A stretch of 64,000 nucleotides of DNA from Monocercomonoides exilis PA203. Its lineage: Eukaryota > Protista > Preaxostyla. Position numbers and translations under genes: made by a program. Positions 36,525 to 49,230 of this stretch are shown piece by piece. A model generated the notes under the pieces. The model saw only the letters and a program-made list of their open reading frames with translations, was not told where the DNA came from and made no database searches. The DNA lies in assembly GCA_001643675.2 (NCBI GenBank), contig LSRY02000009.1, positions 496,001 to 560,000 on the forward strand. Reading direction: 5' to 3'. How positions within the stretch are numbered: the first letter of the stretch is position 1; the number at the start of each line of letters is the position of its first letter.

Positions 36525-37940
36525 ATGCAGGAGGCGGACAACACAAAAATGTTCAATGGTTTGCAATTGTTATTGCAAGTGAATTTTTGCTTATTGCATT
36601 TTTTCTTTGTTTTTTATTGAAGAATTGTTTTGCGAACTGGAAGATTGCGATGAGGAAGATCAGAAACAAAAGGTTAAAGAGCTGCATGTAATAATTGATG
36701 GAATGAATGAGGAAGAATTTAAATCCGTTATCACAAAAGAACTGTTTGACAAAATATACAGAATATTTGAAGAAAAGAAAATTTCTTTGGAAAATGCATT
36801 CATACTGCTAAAGCACATTGGATATTGCAAAGTGATGAAAAATGTTTGGTTTCTTCATTTTGAAGAATCTCCGCTGAGCAAAAGATTGGTAAAGATGATT
36901 AAAGATGGAAATGAGAAAAACGAAAGAATGAATGAAAATTTTCTTGCCAATCTTTGCGAATGCTATCTTTTGCTGAACGATCATTTTGATTGGGAATTAT
37001 TTTCTGTTTGCATTCCCTGCATTCTAAAAGTTGCATCGAACAAAGAGGAAAATGAAGATACTCAAGAGGAAAAGGAAATAGCTTTGCTGGCATTGAGCAA
37101 CATATACGAAAGATATTTAGTATGTGCATTTTCACTTTCTTTTTTATGCCTTCACTTTTTATAATTTTTTCTTATTAGTTTGTGGATAAAAAATTGTATT
37201 TGAATGAGATAACAGAAATAATCCAATATCACCAGGAACACCACAATCTGACTCGGCTTGCCTATCAATCTGCTTGGCATTTTTTGTATTGCAGATTTTG
37301 CAAAGACGAAAGCTTGAAAGGTATAGTTGTGAATGAGCTGCATTTCGCGAGAGAAGCCAGAAGAGAACTTGAAGAACTGTCGAAATGTATTGACTGGAAG
37401 AGAAAAGGAGGGGAGGAAGGAGAAAAAGAAAAGAAAGAAATGGTCATTATTATTAGATGGTTGACGATATTGGGGTCATATTTTTTCAGATACGGATTGC
37501 GAAATGAAGAGCATTTTGGACTTATTGGCAGTATTATGGGAGTTCTTCGAGCATCAAAGGAGAATTATAAAAGAATTTACAAGATATGTATTGATTCATT
37601 GAGCAAAGCAGCGAGAAATAGAGCCTTGAAAGTTGATGACTTTTTGAGCATTGGGGCTGCTGACTTTGTTTTGGAGGTGGTTGCTCAATCACATGTGATC
37701 AATATGCAAACTTCGGACTGTTTGGATTTTTTCAAGATCCTTTGCGAAAGATTGAGAAGCGAAAGAGAAATAGAAAGCGATAAAGCGAAAAGAAAAGAGT
37801 TGAAAAGAAAAGTGCTTGATAAGTTAGAGGAAGAAGGATACGAAGATTGCATCATCGGGCTTCACTGTTGCATATTTGAAGATCCAATAATTGACTTATA
37901 TTTGGTTCGATACATTGATGATTATCTTGTTTATTGCTGA
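36525..37940 (+). CDS. Lineage-specific multigene-family protein ('YHQEHHNLTRLAYQSAW...EEEGYED'), paralog 1, apparently intact; introns 36559-36622 and 37120-37178; start approximate
   Basis: The GT-AG introns join ORFs 36607-37164 and 37182-37940 in frame; clear similarity to the paralogs at 38432-40085 and 52070-53548. Confidence 0.75.
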
Positions 37941-38082
37941 TCCGTTGGCTTTTTGATTCATCTTGTGTTTTTGTCTTTGAACTTCATTTGATTTGAACAA
38001 AATACTTGTTCTTCTTTTTTTTCTGTTTTCAAGAAAAGTTAATTTTCTTTTTTTCGAAAAGCAACTTTATTCCACTTCTGAA

Positions 38083-38084
<2 letters not shown>

Positions 38085-38172
<88 letters not shown>
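38085..38172. repeat. (TTA)n followed by poly(T)
   Basis: Direct inspection. Confidence 0.9.
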
Positions 38173-38431
38173 CACATTTCAGATTCAATAAAGCAGAGTT
38201 TTTTTGATTTCTTCCAGGCATATTTCAACTTTTTCACTCTTCTTCAAGAATACTAAATATTTAAAACAACCATTTGTGATTCCTTCTTTCTTTCTTTCTT
38301 TCTTTTCTTTGTTGCTTTTCAAAGAAGCGAGTTGAAAACAGACAAAAAAAAAGGGTTCAAATGCTTGCAAAATCAAAAAATGAGAAAATATAAAGAAAGA
38401 ATTTTTGATTCGCAAAAATCAATGTAATTTC

Positions 38432-40085
38432 TCAAATACTCACAAAATAATCTGAAATATTCAATGATATGTCATGATAATGTTTTCTGTTAAAAAAATC
38501 TATCACTTCAGAGAAGCTTGTGATGATGTCTTCGTATCCTTCTTCTTCCATCTTTTCGAACATCTCCATTTTCATCAACTTTCTTTTCGCTTCTTCCATT
38601 TCATCACACTTCTTCCTTTTCAATCGGCATGAAATCAAATCAAAAAATACCAACAAATTCCAAACTCTTCCATCTTTCAACGTTGATTGAATTATTTCCT
38701 CCATAAAAGCATCAACTGCTCCCCCATTCAGCAAGTTTTTCACACCCCTTTTGTCCTCTGTAAGTATCAATAAATGAATGCACTGATCGTTGATTTCTCT
38801 GTAATTATCTTTCGCTGCTCGAAACACCTGAACAATGCTGCTGACAAGTTCGGCAAACCCTTCATTCCACACTTGGCACAAACTGAAGAAAAATTCCAAT
38901 ATTTGCAGCCAACTCAATATTATGCCCATCTCTTTCTTTTCTTTTCCTCCTCCTCCTTCTTCCTTTGCCTTCCAATCAATGCATTTCGAAAGCTCATCCA
39001 GTTCACTTCTTGCCTCTCTCACAAAATGCAGCTCATTCACAAAAACTTCTTCCAGGTATCTGTCGTTGAGTAATCTGTCAATTAAAAACTTCCAAGCCGA
39101 CTGATACGCAAGTCGCTTCAAATTGTGATGTTCCTGGTGATAATGGATTATTTCTGTCATTTCGTTCAAATACAGTTTTTTTTCTATTTTCTATTTAAAA
39201 AAATTACAAAAAGAAAGCGAAAAAACTCATACATGATATCCGAAGCAATTCGAGGCAAGCAAAGCCATTTCCACTTCCTTTTGGACTTTCTCGTTTTCCT
39301 CTTTGTTCAAAGCGACTTTCAGAATGCATGATGCACAGATCGAAAATAATTCGAGTGAAACCCTACCATTAAGCAAAAGATAGCATTCGCAAAGGTCAGC
39401 CAGCAGTCTTTCATCCCTTTCCTCCTTTTTCTTGTGTTCTTCAACAATCATCTCCTCAAATCTTTTGCCCAAAGAAGAATGCTCAAATTTTGAGTTGCTT
39501 GTGCGCTTTAATGTTTTGCAGTATCCAACGTGCTTTAGCAGCAGAATGATATTTCCAAAATTTATTTTCTTTTCATCAATCATTTCATGAATTTTGTCGA
39601 ACGGTTTGATTCTGAAAAAAAAATTGAATTCATTTGGGTGATTATTTTTGATGTCATATTTTTCCATTCAAATTTTTCGGTTTGAAAAAACTCCCTTGAA
39701 CATTAACAAATAAACATTGAAAAGAGAAATAGCATTTTCATAAGTCCATCGTTTTCAATTCAACTTAGACATTTGTTTTTGAAACAGTTCTGATGTCTTT
39801 AGCAATTGAATGAAAAATCTTTACACAATGGCAAACAATCTTTGAAAAAACAGCACACCGAAAAAAGTTATGATTTCTAAAAGAATCACCCATTTCTATC
39901 CATTTTTTCCGCTTGTTCATTCATTTTAAGGATTTTCTGTTTCTGCTCATCCTCGTCACAATCTCCAAGCTCAGAAAGCAACTTTTCAAACAAAAAAAAT
40001 TATGAAATAAAATCTCAAAAATCAAGGATTCAAATGCAACAATCCAGGCAAACCAGTGAACTTTTTTGTGCTATTGTTCTCCTGT
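38432..40085 (-). pseudogene. Paralog 2 of the same family, coding exon disrupted by a MITE
   Basis: ORFs 38432-39169 and 39227-39667 match paralog 1; the upstream coding part lies beyond the MITE at 39636-39891. Confidence 0.8.
39636..39891 (-). mobile_element. 256-bp MITE, copy 2, ATTT target duplication
   Basis: Termini GGGTGATTATTTTTGA...AAAAGAATCACCC; ATTT at 39632-35 and 39892-95; removing it restores the frame AEKMDRNEFNFFFRIKPFDKIHEM. Confidence 0.88.
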
Positions 40086-40214
40086 ATTTTTTCAAAAAAT
40101 ATTGTAATAGAAAACAATGCCATTTTTATCATTCATATTGAATGAGCGCACGTTTGGAAAGAAGAAGCAGATGAAATATTAAAACTCAAAATAAAATTTA
40201 AAAAAATATGTATA

Positions 40215-40853
40215 TTCGGCATGATCCGAAGATATCGTCATCTTCAAAGCACACCTATTCATAATTATTTTATCTTTGAGACATATTTGAAGAACGAATA
40301 TATTTGTTTTGTGTATCGTAAATATGTTTTCTTCGTATTTAAAATTACATTCAAATGATAGTTATTTTTTTGTTTCATGGGTTTTGATCAAAATTAATTA
40401 TTTTATTTTTGAACTAAAGTTCTTTGAAAAGAAGGAATATCAAAATAAATTCATTTGCTCTTTGATTCTTAAAACATGTGGAAATATTTATCATTAATAT
40501 AATTTTTTAAAAAATCACAAATAAATGTGAAATCAATATTGAAAAATATATTTTTGTTAAAAGGAATTAAATTGCATCTTTCTAGAATCCAAAAAATTAT
40601 TGTTGATGATTATCTCACATCGTTTTTATTAAATACAATATTTTTCATGTAAATTTGATGGAATTGTATCACTCAAAATATTTATTTTCCTATTTATTAT
40701 TTTTATCACAAAAATAGAAAATATATTTTTTTCCCAAAGACATTCACTTCCGAAATGCAACAATAGCATAACATTAATGACCAATGCAATGTTGAATTTC
40801 AGACAAAATTTCATTAAGATCTGAGGATGACGATATCTTCGGATTATACCGTA
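40215..40853. mobile_element. ~640-bp non-autonomous TIR element, TA-flanked (Tc1/mariner-like MITE)
   Basis: TTCGGCATGATCCGAAGATATCGTCATCTTCA at 40215 versus TGAGGATGACGATATCTTCGGATTATACCGTA ending at 40853; TA on both sides; AT-rich non-coding interior. Confidence 0.7.
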
Positions 40854-41032
40854 TATTCACACCATATTTCTATGCGCAACAATCTTTGGCTATGTATTTT
40901 GAAGAGCAGAAACCTTTTATAAAATATGTTTGTTGTAATGGATGTTTTGATCAAGAAATTTTTTTGTTCAAAAATGTCATTCTGCAAAATTTAATAGAAG
41001 TGAATGAATTTGTCTTTTTGAATTATTAATTG

Positions 41033-44000
41033 TCAACCTTTGCGACAGACCGACATTTTCCAATATGTTCGACAAGTCGACCGACAATGCAAAATATTTC
41101 TGCAAAAATTAATTTTGTTTTCATTTTTTTATTCGTTTTTTCTTATCATAGTATCTCTATTATTTGATTTTTTAAATAGAAAAACAAACAAATCAACAAT
41201 TCTCTTTTTTTGATGGAAATGAATAATTTAATAAATTTTTACTAATATGAATTTGATTTTTCATGGTTTCGAAATTAAAAAATTATCAAAAGTCCATGAA
41301 AAATAACTTATTGTCCTTTTTTTGATGAAAGATTTTGTATTTTTCACTTGTTTCAAAAATTCATTTTTTCGACATAGATCAGTCGGTCGAATAGATCAGT
41401 CGTTCGAATAGATCAGTCGGTCGAACGGAAAAATTGATTATTTGATAGATATCATGATACAATTAATAACATATGAGGATTTTTTAAGAAGCTTGCCTTT
41501 GGAATTACAAAACAGTGCAAAATCAAAAGAAATCGTTTGAATTTTACATAATTCAAATTTTGACAGAAACTTTTTTATTTCTTTTTTTTTTTCAAAAGAG
41601 TGCTGCATTAAGCAAAAAAATAGAAGAGCTGAAAAAAAGTGATTGTTCATTTGTTGAGTTGAAATGTTCAAAATCAACAAATTTTGGAAAATGTTTGATT
41701 TTTTCCAGTTTTGATCAAAAATTATATCATTTCATTTGTTGTGATTATTATAAAGTTTGCAGGCATCCTAATTACACTGGAGAAGATATAGGAAAAGTTC
41801 ACTTTGAAATTCAAAAAAATTCAGTTTGGATAACTTATACGCCTGTGAAAAATGATGGAACATTGAAAAAAGATGGACATATTTATTATTTGTGTCCAAA
41901 CAGCAAAGAAGGAGTTAATTGTGGAGTTTCCGGAAGAAAAGGATGTGATCGAATAATTAATCATCAATGTCCCCTTTTGACATATTCATCAATCGTCATA
42001 TTTATGAAGCAGGATCATCCTCTCAAACAAGCAACTTATTACTCAAATAAAAATGAGTTCCATTTCATTTTCAATATGATTTATTGAAAAAACAATTTTT
42101 GAGGTTAATTGGACATTGTAACATTGCATTTTTGTCCGCTTATTCATCTGAGTTTAATAGTTTCATTTCTTCTCTTATACAGATTTCTCAACAAAATCCA
42201 TCATTTTCTCCCGAAACCATATTTCCCACATTGAATTACAGAAAACTTTCAGCAATAATTCATGACGAAGTGGAAGGTGCAATTAAAGAAAGGGATGCTG
42301 CAATTTTCAATTTTTCAGTCGGTATAATGATTGACGGTGGAGTAATTGCGGGCAAAAAGTACACGGCTGTAACTGTGGTTCCGTTGAATCCAGGTGCAAA
42401 GCCAATGTTTTATAAATTAGTTAAAGTGTGCTACACTTCCTTTGATTATTCGCAACTTGCAGTCCAAATTATAACAGAAATAAAAGATATACACGGAGAA
42501 GTTCGGTGTTTTTGCACAGACGGCTTGCTTCCTCAGAAGCTTGCAATTCAGAGCCTTTCAAAAGAAACCACAACAGCAAAATCTTTGTCATTTTACAAAG
42601 GAACACCACCAATTTTTATTTATTTGTAGCAACCATTTATTAAACCTAGTTGTTTCTCATTATTTCAAAAACAACGAATTCTTTCGAACACAGAAAGATG
42701 CAATTATTTCATTTACGAAACAAGCGAAGGTGATTTCCCGAAGGCAACCCTCAACACCAAAATGCCCTTCTTTCATAGAAACAAGATGGCTTTACATTTT
42801 TGATATTTGTTTTTTTATTAGAAATCATTTTCATGATAATAGTTTTTCAAAATTGCAGGAATTGGTTTTTATCGAAAATGTGATCAAATGTGAACTTCTA
42901 TTATTTCCCTTAAGAGAACTTCAATTGCAGTTCGAAAAAGATGAAACAAAGTTGGGAGATGTGTTCACTCTGCTGGTGAAAGCATTTGCTCGCTACTCAT
43001 GGATGCAGGACCTTGAAGAATTCTCAGAAGAAAACTGGCAATCTGGTTTATGTGATATTATAATCCTTTTGTTTAATTTTTTTTTGCAGGTGATAGGGGA
43101 AACCTGATCTCTATGGCCTTTTCATTGACTCCTGGAGGGAGAAATAACTATCAATTGGGTTCTTTTTCTGAGTCTTACAACCAAGAATTGAAAAGGCTGA
43201 AAGCGAAATACGAACTTGTTTTTCGTCGTGAAACATTGGATCAAACAACGATACACTCGGAATCAGAAACAAATCAACAAAACTTGATTCAAAATACTTC
43301 TGAAAAAAGGAATCCATTTTGCACATTTGAGCAATCAAAACATATGCCATCCGCTTCTTTTTCGTCTTCGTCATTCGAATCCTTTTTCGATTCCTCCCCG
43401 TCGTCTTCATGTTTTTCTGATTCTTCATCAAGTTCGCCTTCAAATTCAACATCAAATTCACCTATGAACGTAGGACAGATTTCATCAAATCAAGTAATCG
43501 ATTATGATCTTCGAACAAATCTCTTCGAAAAACGACGTGAACGAAAAAATAAATTATTTTCGAATACCTCGAAACAAATCTTTGAGTCCAGAAGTCCAAT
43601 TGATAGCGATATTTTTGAAAATAAATTATCATTCGATTTGCCTTCTTCTTCGTCAACATACTCATTTAACCCTTTCGCAATTGATTCGTTTTATTCAGCA
43701 CTTCAGTCACTTAATCCATCACTCTCTGATAACTCAAATAAAGACTCATCCATCATTCCTCCGTCAAATCAGTCTTCTTCAGCCAAAGTTATTGAAAAAA
43801 AAGAAAACTCATTTCCAGGATATTCTCGAATTGTTCAACTTCTTCAAATAATCGAAGAAAACTCTTCAACAAAATGTGAAGAATCTTCTTTTAAACATAT
43901 GGGGGAAACAGATGAAACAGATGAAGATGAATATGGACTATTGCAAGCCGAAAGCGATTCTGAGGAAGATGAATATACTGAAAAATCAGAGACTTCTTCG

Positions 44001-44600
44001 TCAACAATGAAAGAAAATGTTTTTCACAACACTCGTAACAAAAGACGAAAAGAAAATGAAGATTGTTCTGAAGAAAAAGGAAAAAATGAAACGGATGATT
44101 TGGATGATGATGAAGAAAAGAAAAATGAAGAAAATGAAGAAGATATTGTTTTCATTGGTTCAAATGAACAAATTGAAATTGGAACTCTAAAAAATTTGGA
44201 GCAAAAAGTTAAAGAAACAAGAAAAATCCAAGAGAAAATTAATATGGACTTGTTCATAAGAATGAAAAGTGGATTTCATGGTTTCATATCAAAAGTGTTT
44301 CGATACCAAACTGAAAACTTCAAGGAAAAGCTAGAAGCTTTGTATTCTTCATTTCTTCTTGATTGCCATCAATCATATCTACAGAATAATTTATTTGTTT
44401 TGTTTTCAGAAATTTGCAAATCTGGCATATTTCATTCGATATTTTCGAATGTTTGTTTCGCCTTGGCTACGTTTCCGTGCAGCGAAGCTTCTTGTGAGCG
44501 CCTCTTTTCTCGACTTCGACGTATTGTTGGGGATAGGAGACACTCTCTTTCTTTAGAAACTCTCAATAATTTACTTTTTCTTTAGTTTTTTTTTTCATTT
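41033..44600 (+). mobile_element. hAT-superfamily transposon: 5' end plus transposase gene; 3' TIR not found
   Basis: Degenerate terminus TCAACCTTTGCGACAGACCGAC...TCGACAAGTCGACCGACAA; subterminal 17-bp tandem repeats at 41369-41428; transposase follows. Confidence 0.8.
41454..44585 (+). pseudogene. hAT transposase with three frameshifts (intron 41535-41598)
   Basis: BED-like Cys/His finger (LCPNSKEGVNC...IINHQC), IMIDGG, FCTDG, CSNH, ETRW and C-terminal dimerisation motif PCSEASCERLFSRLRRIVGDRRHSL; frame changes near 42075, 42620 and 43085. Confidence 0.85.
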
Positions 44601-44978
44601 TTGTTCAATTAACATGCTCCTTTGTTATGAATCATATCACGCTTTTATATAAAAAGCTAAATCTTTTTTTGAAAATTTGACAATTATGACTTTTAACTTC
44701 ACATCTCCATAAGTTCAAAAACAAACATTTTTTTGATGTTAAAGTTGAATTTATTTTTTGATATGATGCATTTTCAAACAAAAATTGTGAACATTCTCTT
44801 ATCTGCTCATTCACGAACAGCATTTCCCTGCAAAAGCATATGTTAACAATTTATGACGTCACTCAAATGCTGACTTCCTCATCGATTTTCTTAAATATCT
44901 ATCTTCCATCTTCTTATTAGTAAAACTTTTGATCATTCCAGCAAAAAAAGTTATAATCCTTCAACTGATTGAAAAACT

Positions 44979-47900
44979 TCAAATTTTCTTAACTTCTCTT
45001 ATAAATTCTTTCAAGATGTCACATGTTGAACATCTCATGCGTATTCCATGAATCCATTTTGCACGCTTCCGCTTTTTTTTGCATAAATTTGATATTTCCT
45101 CCAAGCTAATTGCATCTGATACAGTAAGAATTGTCATCCCTTTTGTAAAATGAACAATAAATTCTCTCTTTTGATTTTTCAAGCTCAATCTTCCTTCAGA
45201 ATAGTGCTGTACACATGATTTCTCAATCTCTTTCATTGAACTTCTTTCAATCTTAATCATATCTGGCCTTTCTCCTTTTTCAATCTTGTCTCCAGCAATC
45301 ACAGCGTCGTTCTCACAAAACTGTATCTAATGTGTCATGCACTCCCACAGCATCATCCCGATTGAGAATGAAACTGACTCCTTTGTTGCTCCCATCTTCT
45401 TGTTGATCAGCAACTCAGGCGCCTTCCACCTCAGGCGCTCTTTTTTGAAATAATCTTCATCCTCAAAGGCAGAAGAAGGGAGAGAGTCACTATCATCATC
45501 ATCGTCTTCGTCGCTTGCAGATGTGACAACAGTTGACGAAGAGATGGAGGATGAATCTGAATCATCTGATAAAAGATCTGAATGCATCACAATGCAGATC
45601 ACCATGTGCTCTGAGAACAGCACAATGTGAGGGATGAGGTTGGCAAGAGATGGAAGAGGATTGTCCATTTCGTCAGATGAGTGCAGTGCTCCATTCACCA
45701 CCCAGAACAGGATCTGAGCAGCTGTCATCTCTCTCTCCTGAAGAGTGCCTATTGCTATCTCTTTCTTCTCGTTCCTTCCATGCAACAACATGAACAGTGA
45801 ATCCCTCAGATCCACAATCAGCTTTTCGTGAGGAGATGAGCACGCTATTGCATCCACCAGATTCGACATGGATGAGGTGGTCGGGCACAGATCCTCACCT
45901 CGGACAAATGTTGAATCAGAATCAGTTGTTGAAGTGGATGAAATGGATGGAAATGGAGTCTGTTTTCTAATTTCCTCATCATCAACCTTCTCCAATGCCC
46001 AATCAGGAATCTTATCTGAATCTTTCCTCAGAATGTATTCAGTCGATCCACTTTCAGATAACAAATACTCTTCAGACTCCGAATGCACCATCTCCTTTCC
46101 ATTTATTCTTTTCTTTATTATCTCTTCGCTCTTCTTCTCTGCCTCCCTCTCAGCTCTCCTCTACTGCTCCTCTGGTGACATCTCCATCGTCACTATCTCA
46201 ATCGGCTTCGGATCCTTTTTGATATTATCATCAACAATCTCCTTGTATTTTTTTGCTTCTTCTTTTGAATTTCTCCATCGAACAACAAATATTATCAATG
46301 CAATTAATAGTACAACAACAATTGCAATGCAAACAATCAATAACCAATATGATTTCCCTTCTTTTCCTCCTTCAACAATCCTTTCATTTCCATTCGCCTT
46401 TGTTTCACTTGTATTCTTCAGAATGAATGAATTTGTTGAGGAAGGAGAATCAGCTTTTCCAAAAAGGATGCACATGCTCACTTCTGTCTCGTCTCTCACT
46501 TTCTCCAATTCTGAAGATGAAATAATTGAATGGATCTCATTCTCTGACACACAGTCTTCTTCATCAATTCCTTTTTTCACGATTTCCTCTTCAACTCCTT
46601 CTTTCATGTTTATCTTTGCTGACAAATTGCATGGCAGAAGCAACTTCCCATGAATGATCAGTTCTTCATCCCCATTTGGCTGAGAAATATTCTTCACTTC
46701 TTCCAAAACAGGGATGAAAAATGATGATCCTCTTTCTGAAGCTATCCCTCCCAATTGACATCCCTCGTCTAATATCCACAACGATGTGTTTGGCAACATT
46801 CCATCTCCCCCTTTCACACTCACAACATCCAATTCACCATTCCCTTCACAAATCACATTCCTTCTGGCTGATGGATATCCCTCAACAGATGGCTTGTTGT
46901 TTTCAAACATACCATTTTCAATCTAGGTGCTCCCTCCACTCACCCACAGCCCACCTGCCTTGCTATTTCTGATTGTTGTTTCCATCATCTCCACATAGCT
47001 GTTCTCAATATCAACCAATGACCCATTCCATTTGCACAATCCTTCTTTTCTATTGTTTTTTTCATTGACTATTTCATCTTCTCTTTCTCCATCAAACACA
47101 CACACCTCAATCCTCACATTCTTTGAATTCCCGATCTGCATCATGCTTCCCTTGTTCACCGAATTCTCGCATTTTCCAAACGAGCAGTACAGCACGCTCA
47201 CCTCTTGCTCAGCTTCTTCCATTCCGATAGCACACCCTTCCGACAGAACGCTCACATTTTCAATAACCATCTCTTTCATTTCCACTTTCGCTTTGCCTCC
47301 CACCATTACCACATCGCTTTCACATTCAATGTTTGTGATGATTGTCTCAACCACTTCCACTTTTGACTCTTCACAAAATGAAAGCACTTATGCTGATGAA
47401 TGAAGATTCCTGAATGCTGAATCAAATATCCTCAGCTCTCTTCTTTCCACACTCACAACTGAACTGTTCACTTTTTATTCAGTTTCGGTTGTACAGAATT
47501 CACATTTTTGTATCTCCATTGATCCGTCCTTCACTTTGAAATGATAAAAGTGAGTTGCTTCAAATCCATCTTCAAACTCGAATGAGCACTTCTCCACAGC
47601 GATTTCATTCACAAACTCCATGACGCAATCATTCTCTGCTGATTTTTCAATATCCGATTTCAACTTCACAATCGCTTGGGAATTTTTGAATGAATTCACA
47701 TTCAGATCCCCAATCACACAGTCGCCAGAAACAACTCCTTCTCCGTCAATCAGAATCGCATTCATCACACCTTGCTCAATGTGGTCAATCCCACAATTGA
47801 TACTGGAACAAGGATTGGTCTGAGCCCCACATCGTCTGCCATCCGCCCCTGACCCGTTCAAAAACACTTGAAGCCCATAAAAGAATGTTATCAGCGGAAT

Positions 47901-49230
47901 CAGATCAACATCTGTCTCACCCTCAACATCCCTCCCGCAGATGGAGTTGTCTGAGTTCAATGATTCCTGGTTGAAGTTCAAAGCAAACATCGTTTCGTTG
48001 ATCTGTCGAATAATTGAGTAGCATTTGATGAATATATCTTTCCCAACAAAAGCCTCATTCATACAAAACATGATATTCACAATGAAAATCCTCAGGCATG
48101 GTATCTGAGTTTCATCAGCATAGTTAACATTTGGATCGGCTCCATTGATAAACAGTCCTCCGCCGCGCCCTGTATCAGTCGAGCATTTGCATGTCGAAAG
48201 CGTGCTCCCATTCACTTTCAAAACAGATTCTTCGTTCTTCAGCTCCACTTTCATTCCTCCTCCTTCATCACTCAAAGCGCTTTTGCAACTCTTCATTGCA
48301 CACTCTTCTATCGTGCACTCCACTCCATTCTCAAATGATCCCACTTCAACGACGCTCGCTCCAATCCCTTCCTTCGTAATGTTGGAAAATGAGCATCCAA
48401 CAACTCTCAAAACAGGTCTGTTGCTATTTGCATTTGAATGAGTGTTTTCCTTTTCATTCATCTGGCTTTCTTCCTCCATCATCGATATCAGACTTCTTTC
48501 TGTAATACCAGCAAACGAAATGTTCACATTCTGAAATATCACCTCAATAACACTTTGGCTGAACGCAATGAACCCTTTCAATTCGTTGATCTTATTCAAC
48601 GTGCTGCTTTGAATTGCTGCGCTCCCTCCATTCACTCTCATCACGCAATATCCTGCGGTCTCTGTCAACCCTGTCAACGATCCAAATGAACAATCTGTGA
48701 CAGATAAATGTGTATTTGCTCCAGAGGATTCAATGAATACTGCATGATTGGTGGTAATGCTAGGTTTGGTGAATGATAAATTGAAGAATGACAGACTCAC
48801 ATTCGACGATATCATTGAACCATCATCCAAATCATTCCCATCTTCATCAGCAATTGTCACGCTTGTCCCTTTCTTTGTTCCTTTTATCACAACTGCTGGC
48901 GCTTCTGAATCTGGCAAAGTTGGCAACGAAGACAAGAATAATATCGAATGGCTCAGCAACCCTGAATCCCCAACGCTGATCTGGGATTCGCCTTTTCCAA
49001 GTGGCTCATATCTCAGAGAAATTAAGTGATCAATTGATGAACAAGGTGCTTCTGAATACCCACAACAGCTGAAGTCTCCTCCTTTCTCTCTCGAAACAAA
49101 TCCATTCCCACTCCAGTTCGTCCACAAATACACAACCAATGGAATCACATATTTCTCCTCTATCACCTTCCTTTTCAATCTACACAGCTTATCCAACCAA
49201 TCGAACTCATTTGAATCCATCTCTCATTTC
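44979..49230 (-). pseudogene. 5'-truncated pseudogene of the receptor-like membrane protein/kinase-like family
   Basis: ORF pieces 47475-49220, 46923-47387, 46161-46910, 45327-46091 and 44979-45302 with premature stops; TM and RWKAPEL/FSIGMMLWE motifs. Confidence 0.85.

Noticed and set aside
41369-41428. Short tandem repeats (also 8507-8572) resembling a CRISPR array or iterons
   Set aside because: No unique spacers, eukaryotic context, and they lie subterminally in hAT elements.
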